A DNA stretch of 64,000 nucleotides from Gemmatimonadota bacterium (GTDB taxonomy: Bacteria; JBHIER01; G020348925): the NCBI GenBank assembly GCA_020348925.1, contig CP070758.1, forward strand, positions 3,549,688 to 3,613,687, read 5' to 3'. The notes beneath the pieces are model-generated. The model saw nothing but the letters and a program-made list of their open reading frames with translations. It ran no database searches and was not told where the DNA came from. Below, piece by piece: positions 57,593 through 64,000 of the stretch. How positions within the stretch are numbered: the first letter of the stretch is position 1; every line of letters begins with the position of its first letter. The position numbers and the translations under genes are program-made.

Positions 57593-59350
57593 ATGTCAGC
57601 TTTCGGGAAAAACCTTTTGTGTCGTATGGAAAGTATCATGAATCACTCTCATGTGTTTAAATCGAGATGCACATCTCGACGGACCCCCTCTTCTCTCGAT
57701 CCGCTGTTGAACGGAAGATTGAAATTGTTCTGTTTTCTATGGGTCGCGGTCCTTTTTCTGCTTCACACTCTGACCTTGTGTGAGGCTCAGAGCCAACAAG
57801 GAGTTACGGAAACGGTAAAAATTGACAGTCTGAAGGAAGAATGGAAGTCCAAGATGCAGCTTCAGCTCATGGAAGAGATAGCGTTGGAGGGTATCATTGA
57901 CCCGGAGCAGTATGTCTTGGGTCCTGGGGATGAAGTGATCATCAATATTTGGGGAGATGTGAGTGCGGGGTTCGAATTTCTTATTCCGCCAAGGAGTGCG
58001 GTTACTCCTGAGGGAAAAATTCTCATACCTACGATTGGAGACATAAGTGTTGGTGATCAGACCTTGGCCCAGGCTTCGAAGGCTATCGCTCGTGAGGTCA
58101 AGAAGAAATTTAGGAATGTCACGGTGACGGTGAACCTTGGCAAGCTCCGCAAGTTTCGGGTATTTGTCCTGGGAGAAGTCAGCATTCCCGGGACATATGT
58201 GGCTAAGGCTATTGATCGAATTTCCGCTTTGGTCGAGCGGGCTGGCGGATTCACCCCGAAATCATCAACACGGAAAATTGAAATACGACGTGGAGAACAT
58301 GAAATCCTCTCTGCCGATTTGGTCCTTTTCAATTGGACAGGAAATTTAGAGTATAATCCCTATGTTCTTGAGGGTGATGTCATCTTTGTTCCGGTAAAAT
58401 TGGATTCTGTGAGCATTTCAGGGGCTGTAAACTTGCCCGGTGATTACGAATATAAAGAGGGAGACACACTCAAGGATCTCATCAAAATAGCGGGAGGGCT
58501 TTCCAGCGGAGCTTACTTGACAAAAGCTGAAATTGTTCGCTTCCTACCCGATGGGCTTACAACCGAACACCTCACAATAGATTTGGACACGCTTCTTGGG
58601 CAAGATAATCCGGACGGGCATTTTGCCCTGCAAAAAGACGATCAGGTATTCATACGATCGAAGCCGGAGTGGCGGATACGGCGAACCGTTACACTTGAAG
58701 GAGAGGTTCGCTATCCAGGGGAGTATGCCATTGACAAGGATAATACAAATCTGAGTGAGATTATTGAGAAGGCCGGAGGATTTACTGTCGATGCTTCTCT
58801 CGATGAAGCCAAAGTGATCCGACAGATCTATACTGAGATTGTTGATCCCGAATATGAACGCCTTCGTCGAATGAGTGTGGCAGATATGACTGCTGAGGAG
58901 CGCGAGTATTTCAAAACAAAATCGAGAGAGCAGCCGGGTATCGTTGTTGTGGACTTTGAACGATTGTTTAACGACCGTGATGTATCCCAGGACATTGTTC
59001 TGAAACCTATGGATATAATAACCATCCCAAAAGTGCGGAATACCGTCACCGTCAGTGGGGCGGTGGACAACCCCGGCTCGATCATTTATAAAGCGAAAGG
59101 GTCCGTTGATTATTATATTGATCAGGCGGGCGGATACACCAAAGAGGCTCGCAAGAGTAAGGTGAGACTCATTAAGGGCGACACAGGAGTATGGTTGCGA
59201 CCGGATGAGGTGAATGAGATCAAGCCTGGCGATACCGTCTGGGTTCCAGAGAAGCCGGACAGAGATTGGTGGGCCCTTTTTCGAGATTTTATGTGGGTTT
59301 CGGCACAGATAGCGACAGTAGCTATTGTGATCAAACAGATCGCCTACTAA
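57593..59350 (+). CDS. Polysaccharide export protein with multiple SLBB domains (Wza/KpsD-like); start uncertain
   Basis: YVLGPGD.V.INIWG, repeated V.GEV..PG.Y and I..AGG units. Confidence 0.88.
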   Translation: MSAFGKNLLCRMESIMNHSHVFKSRCTSRRTPSSLDPLLNGRLKLFCFLWVAVLFLLHTLTLCEAQSQQGVTETVKIDSLKEEWKSKMQLQLMEEIALEGIIDPEQYVLGPGDEVIINIWGDVSAGFEFLIPPRSAVTPEGKILIPTIGDISVGDQTLAQASKAIAREVKKKFRNVTVTVNLGKLRKFRVFVLGEVSIPGTYVAKAIDRISALVERAGGFTPKSSTRKIEIRRGEHEILSADLVLFNWTGNLEYNPYVLEGDVIFVPVKLDSVSISGAVNLPGDYEYKEGDTLKDLIKIAGGLSSGAYLTKAEIVRFLPDGLTTEHLTIDLDTLLGQDNPDGHFALQKDDQVFIRSKPEWRIRRTVTLEGEVRYPGEYAIDKDNTNLSEIIEKAGGFTVDASLDEAKVIRQIYTEIVDPEYERLRRMSVADMTAEEREYFKTKSREQPGIVVVDFERLFNDRDVSQDIVLKPMDIITIPKVRNTVTVSGAVDNPGSIIYKAKGSVDYYIDQAGGYTKEARKSKVRLIKGDTGVWLRPDEVNEIKPGDTVWVPEKPDRDWWALFRDFMWVSAQIATVAIVIKQIAY

Positions 59351-59380
59351 ATATCGGCAGTTTTTCCATTGAGTAGAACC

Positions 59381-60634
59381 ATGGCTCGCGATTCCAATAT
59401 TTTCGAATACCTCCATGTGCTCGTGAAATGGAGAAAGTTCATTCTTCTTAATTTTCTCATCGTGTGCCTTCTCGCTGCCATAATCAGTCTGATCCTTCCC
59501 AAGTGGTACAGGGCCACGACGACCGTTCTGCCGCCCGAGGAACAAACGTTCGGAATGGGGCTGTCCTCAATGTTAGGCGACCTTCCTTTGGGGGGGCTCG
59601 GTATACCGGGAATCACCACTCCCGGTATTATGTATGTGGCTATACTTGAGAGCAGGACGGTCAGAGAACGTGTGGTTCAGAAATTGAACTTAATGGATAT
59701 TTATAACTCCAAGAATATGGAGGAGGCGGTAAGGACTCTCGGGACCAGAACACGGGTCGAGATTTCGGAAGAAGGTGTGGTTCAGCTTCAGGCCACAGAT
59801 CGAATGCCTCAGCGGGCAGCATCCATTGCCAACGCGTACGTCCAGGAGCTCGATAGAAAGAATACCGAGTTAAATGTTGCTCAAGCGCGGAATAATCGCA
59901 TCTTCATTGAAGAACGTCTGGCTCAGAACAAGGAGGCCCTGAGGACCGCAGAGGAGGATCTGCGTCACTTTCAGGAGAAATATAAGGCCATCTCTTTGCC
60001 GGAGCAGACGGCGGCAGCCCTTGAAGCGGCCGCGGAAGTCATTGGCGAGATGCGGACCCTGGAGGTGAAGCGAGATGTCTTGCTGGCCACTATGAAACCC
60101 ACCAATCCAAATGTCGTTCAAGTTCAGACTCAGATTGACGCTCTGCAGAACCAGTTGGAGCGGATGGAATTCGGTGCGGGAGGAAAACCGGAGAGCGATG
60201 ACTCAACGGAGACCGATCGAAACAGTGAAATTTATGTTCCCTTTTCGGAAGTCCCGACTATCGGGCTCGAATTGGCCCGGTTAATGAGGGAGCTTAAGAT
60301 TCAGGAGGTGATTTTCGAGCTGTTGACGAGTCAGTATGAACAGGCCAAAATTCAGGAGGCGAAGGATACTCCCACAGTGCAGGTCTTGGATCAGGCTGTG
60401 CCGCCTGAAAAAAGAACGAAACCGAAGAGAAAAGTCATCGTGATAGTTGCTGGGATATGTAGTTTCTTTTTGAGTACGTCTTACGCCTTTCTGAAGGAGT
60501 ATCTGGAGCGACTCAACAGAACGAAGAATACTGATTATCAAAGGGTTCAGGGCATCTCTCAAGCGATTCGAAGCGACTTGAACTGGTTGAGAGAAAACAT
60601 CTTGAGGCGAAAGAGAAAGAATGCACAGGAATGA
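59381..60634 (+). CDS. Polysaccharide chain-length determinant (Wzz/Wzc periplasmic domain, no kinase)
   Basis: Two TMs, PKWYRATTTVLPP, coiled coil, VQVLDQAVPP..KPKR. Confidence 0.88.
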   Translation: MARDSNIFEYLHVLVKWRKFILLNFLIVCLLAAIISLILPKWYRATTTVLPPEEQTFGMGLSSMLGDLPLGGLGIPGITTPGIMYVAILESRTVRERVVQKLNLMDIYNSKNMEEAVRTLGTRTRVEISEEGVVQLQATDRMPQRAASIANAYVQELDRKNTELNVAQARNNRIFIEERLAQNKEALRTAEEDLRHFQEKYKAISLPEQTAAALEAAAEVIGEMRTLEVKRDVLLATMKPTNPNVVQVQTQIDALQNQLERMEFGAGGKPESDDSTETDRNSEIYVPFSEVPTIGLELARLMRELKIQEVIFELLTSQYEQAKIQEAKDTPTVQVLDQAVPPEKRTKPKRKVIVIVAGICSFFLSTSYAFLKEYLERLNRTKNTDYQRVQGISQAIRSDLNWLRENILRRKRKNAQE

Positions 60635-61995
60635 ATATTTTAAGAAACACAGCGATAATATTTTCATCCAAGATGGTTTTGTGCATACTGAATTTCGCTA
60701 AGAGTGTTTTGATTAATCGAATCTTAGGACCCTTTGGTAAAGGACAGTTTGCACTCATAACCCTGATTCCAAAACTCCTAACAACACTTGGAAATCTTGG
60801 AATCGGGGTTTCTAATGTCTATTATACTGGTCGGTGAAAAGACAACATATCTCATATTGCCTCAACATCTCTTGTCGTTGCCTTGCTTTTGGGATTCATC
60901 ATCATCGGCCTGCTTTTTTTTTCAATCGATTACATACCTGACTCTCTGCTCAAGGACGTTCAAAACAAGAAGATCCTCATTGCAAGCTTGATGATCCCAT
61001 TCGGCTTACTAAACATTTATCTCAGTTCAATACTTCTGGGGAGTGATCGTACCAAGGAGGTAGGAGTTTTGTGGATTTTGGCGCCCTCCACACTCATATT
61101 GTATTTGATTGTTCTTACCATATTTTTTCAGACAGGAGTTATGGGTGCTGTATCGGCTTGGATATTGTCAACGATGAGTGTCACGGTATTCTCGGTGATT
61201 TTCGTAGGCCGGCGGGTTAAGTTACGGTTAAAAATGAATGTGCACTTTCTTAAAAAATCACTCGTTTATGGTCTCAAAGCGCATCTCGGGACATGTACCC
61301 AATTTCTGAATTATAGATTAGACATGTTTTTTGTTCAGTATTTCTTGGGATTTACTCAATTAGGGTACTACTCCCTCGCTGTTGCTTTTTCAGAGCTTCT
61401 GTGGGATATCCCTTACTCAGTGAGCACCGCATTATTTCCAAAGGTGTCGTCATCTTCTATGGAAGAGGCAAGCAGCTTAACGCCGAAGATCTGCAGAAAT
61501 ACGGTATTTGTGATGATCATACTTTCCCTGGGTGTATTCGTCTTTTGTGAAATAATAATTCGTATTGCCTATTCACAAGTTTTCCTGCCGTCGGTCGTAC
61601 CGCTGAGAATACTTCTTCCCGGAATCGTCATCCTGAGTATATCGAAAGTTTTATCCGGTGATTTGTCGGGAAGAGGGATGCCTATCTTCAGTACTCGAGC
61701 GTCGATAGCTTCGCTGTTTCTCAATGTTCCTTTAAATTTTTTCCTCATTCCGAAATGGGGAATCGCAGGGGCAGCCTTTGCCTCGACCGTTTCTTACACC
61801 GCACAGACTTTCATCGTCATCTACTACTTTGTGAAAATTTCGAAAAACAGAGTTTTCGATACCCTCATCATCAAGCCGGCAGATTTTCACGCTTATCGGT
61901 CTCTTGTTCTGGAACAATTGAATAAATTGGTTTTAAAAAAAAACTTCTTCCACCTGATAAGGAAAAGAAACAGTGAAGCATTGGGATACATATAA
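60631..61995 (+). pseudogene. wzx: Wzx-type flippase interrupted by an in-frame TGA (60835-60837)
   Basis: ORFs 60631..60837 and 60883..61995 share a frame; R.LGP.GKG, LNYRLD, LGYYSLA, LIPKWGIAGAAFA. Confidence 0.75.
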
Positions 61996-62740
61996 TATCC
62001 AGGATTCGATAGCAGAGGTGGATGCGTCCACAAATTTGGCTTTATATATGCGGAATGCTTATTCCGAAAAAATTGAAGCAATTCTTAATTCATGTTTCGA
62101 TGCGGGTGACTTCGTCTTGGATATAGGCTGCGGAATCGGAAAGTGGGTGACATACCTTCTGGGGAAAGATATAAATTGCATAGGGATTGATTCTTCCGAA
62201 ATTGCCATTGAAAAGGCAAAGACACATCTGGAGAAAATTTCCCGTGCAGACGCAGTGAAAATGGGTGACGCAGCCCGTTTAGAATTCAAAGGGAAAAGCT
62301 TTGACGGAATAATATCCTTCGGCCTTTTGGAACATTTTCCGGATCATGAAAAAATACTGAATGATTGGGTTTCACTGTTAAAGGATGGCGGTAGGATCGT
62401 TCTTTCAGTCCCGAATGCTCTCAGGCTCGATTGGTTGATTTGGAATGCACTCTGGGTTCATATGATCAGAAGGCGCCGTGCGGTCACTTTGGCTCCCCGA
62501 TTGAGAGGATTCGTGACAACGTTTCACGGCTATGAAGAAAGGTGGACACCCAGGTATTTTACAAAACTCTGTCGGCGCAGCGGACTCAGATCTATAGAGA
62601 CGAAAACTCTGTTTACTTTACCCGCCCCGCTGTTCTATCATCTCTCAAATCGATTACCGAGCAAAGTATTCAGGCTATTAACCTCTGAAAATGAGTCGAA
62701 ACGATGGGGACTCTATATTGTTGTGGTGGCACGGAAGTAG
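61973..62740 (+). CDS. Class I SAM-dependent methyltransferase
   Basis: VLDIGCGIG, GDA..L.F, FGLLEH, LKDGG.IVLSVPN. Confidence 0.88.
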   Translation: MKHWDTYNIQDSIAEVDASTNLALYMRNAYSEKIEAILNSCFDAGDFVLDIGCGIGKWVTYLLGKDINCIGIDSSEIAIEKAKTHLEKISRADAVKMGDAARLEFKGKSFDGIISFGLLEHFPDHEKILNDWVSLLKDGGRIVLSVPNALRLDWLIWNALWVHMIRRRRAVTLAPRLRGFVTTFHGYEERWTPRYFTKLCRRSGLRSIETKTLFTLPAPLFYHLSNRLPSKVFRLLTSENESKRWGLYIVVVARK

Positions 62741-62814
62741 TTACGTAGGATCGTGCCAGGGCATATGACGTTGCACGATACCGTTTCTACAGGAATTGTT
62801 GGGGAGAAACTTCG

Positions 62815-64000
62815 GTGGAAAGAATAACAGCGAAAGGGATATCTCTGAGGAATATAAGTGTTTCAATGTGGAAGGTGGCGCTGATACAGGGCGTGGGAAT
62901 TTTAGCGTTCCTGTATCTTTTTTTTCATAAAGAGCTTGGGATACTGGGGATACTTCTTTTCTGTTCCGTATTGGCTGGACTCCTGATCCTGTTTGAGCCA
63001 AAATTGGGCCTTCTCTTATGCATCGCTTTCAACATCACGAGCGCTTCTGCCTTTTTTCTTGGCGGTTTGTATCTGGGTGTTGCGGCGGTGACTATTGCAG
63101 CCTGGATTCTACAAAGATTGGCCACCGAGCCAGTTGTTCTTCGGTCTCCTCAGAATCAGCTCATTTATGCATTTACAGCAGTGGCAACTTTCTCCCTCGT
63201 TTTCTGTACCGATCTTGGTCGCGGGTTCGAGTCAATGACGGTCTATTTAAAAGTTGTCGCGTTATACATCTTGATTGTTAATATCGTCGACTCGGCAAGA
63301 TTCTTGAAAGTGGTATTATGGGTCATTATTCTATCCGGACTTTCAATTTCGCTTTTGGGTATGTATCAATTTCTCTCTTCACCCCACTTTGCGGTATGGA
63401 TGAACCGAATTGCAAGTACCAGACAAGACCCAAATAATCTGGCCCTGACGCTTGTTTCTGTGTTTCCCTTAGCAATTGCACTTCTGAGGGCCGAGAGAGG
63501 AAAAAAGAGAAAAATATTCCTGTTTTTTGTTAGCGTAATTATTTTTTTTACAATTCCACTTACTCTCTCAAGAGGTGGATTCCTCGCTTTAAGTGCTATT
63601 CTTTTTGTCTTTATGATGAAAGCTCGGAAGAAAAAAATAGCCGTGTTGCTCCTTGTATCGATTATAGGATGTTCAATCCTTCTTCTTCCTGGTGAAGTCT
63701 GGGAGCGGATTGGAACATTAAGTGCAAAGTCGATCGATCGATCCATTCAGATGCGTATGATGCTTTTTAAGGGTGGTCTCAATATGTTTCTTGATCATCC
63801 ACTTTTTGGGGTTGGCATTGGAAATTTTATAATCCATTCTGTGCATTATTCAGGGGTGTTCATACCGAGCTTCGCCCATAATATGTTTATACATGTCGCT
63901 GCAGAGATGGGTATTTTGGGAATTCTTTTTTTCTCATCTTTACTTTGGATGACGTGGCGATATCAACGACGAGTGCAACAGGCGGCTTTTCACGAAAACG
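62815..64000 (+). CDS. O-antigen ligase/polymerase (Wzy_C) family protein, runs off the window end
   Basis: Translated by hand: RIASTRQDPNNLAL, LTLSRGGFL, DHPLFGVGIGNF, FAHNMFIHVAAEMGILG; GTG start with GGGGAG SD. Confidence 0.85.
   Translation, partial: MERITAKGISLRNISVSMWKVALIQGVGILAFLYLFFHKELGILGILLFCSVLAGLLILFEPKLGLLLCIAFNITSASAFFLGGLYLGVAAVTIAAWILQRLATEPVVLRSPQNQLIYAFTAVATFSLVFCTDLGRGFESMTVYLKVVALYILIVNIVDSARFLKVVLWVIILSGLSISLLGMYQFLSSPHFAVWMNRIASTRQDPNNLALTLVSVFPLAIALLRAERGKKRKIFLFFVSVIIFFTIPLTLSRGGFLALSAILFVFMMKARKKKIAVLLLVSIIGCSILLLPGEVWERIGTLSAKSIDRSIQMRMMLFKGGLNMFLDHPLFGVGIGNFIIHSVHYSGVFIPSFAHNMFIHVAAEMGILGILFFSSLLWMTWRYQRRVQQAAFHEN

Noticed and set aside
1-64000. Genome-wide reassignment of TGA or TAG
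   Set aside because: Many conserved genes (hutH, pyrF, pyrE, ugd, pyrD) end at TGA or TAG at their expected lengths.

Overview
This is a bacterial scaffold window with a 100-N gap at 24415-24514. The gene content (cohesin/dockerin proteins, many lipoproteins, SLBB/Wzz/Wzx polysaccharide genes) suggests an uncultured Gram-negative FCB-type lineage such as KSB1; that placement is inference only. Housekeeping genes include mtnN, hutH, rlmI, tRNA-Lys(CTT), tmRNA, recJ, cobB, pyrK-pyrD-rlpA-pyrF-pyrE and ugd with a surface-polysaccharide locus. Four accessory systems stand out. (1) An AT-rich RiPP cluster: a 66-aa Cys-rich precursor, a CcpM-like radical SAM/SPASM maturase and an ABC exporter. (2) An array of cohesin-Ig-dockerin proteins and paired lipoproteins, interrupted by a satellite/plasmid-like remnant (DUF5659, DUF3987, 40-bp direct repeats). 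(3) A probable extracytoplasmic redox operon: SigR/SigH-like ECF sigma, zinc anti-sigma with extra external CxxC pairs, CcdA, TlpA, a membrane rhodanese, MauE/DoxX and a hidden DUF1573 selenoprotein. The ORF track splits the selenoprotein at an in-frame TGA in an S-U-G-C-T motif. (4) Several catalytic-motif variants: an Ala-Cys-Gly MIO triad in HutH and a signal peptidase I homolog lacking its Ser/Lys dyad. Two further in-frame stops occur, a TGA in the flippase gene and a TAG before a 2-TM tail. All family calls come from motif recognition by eye; no database search was run.
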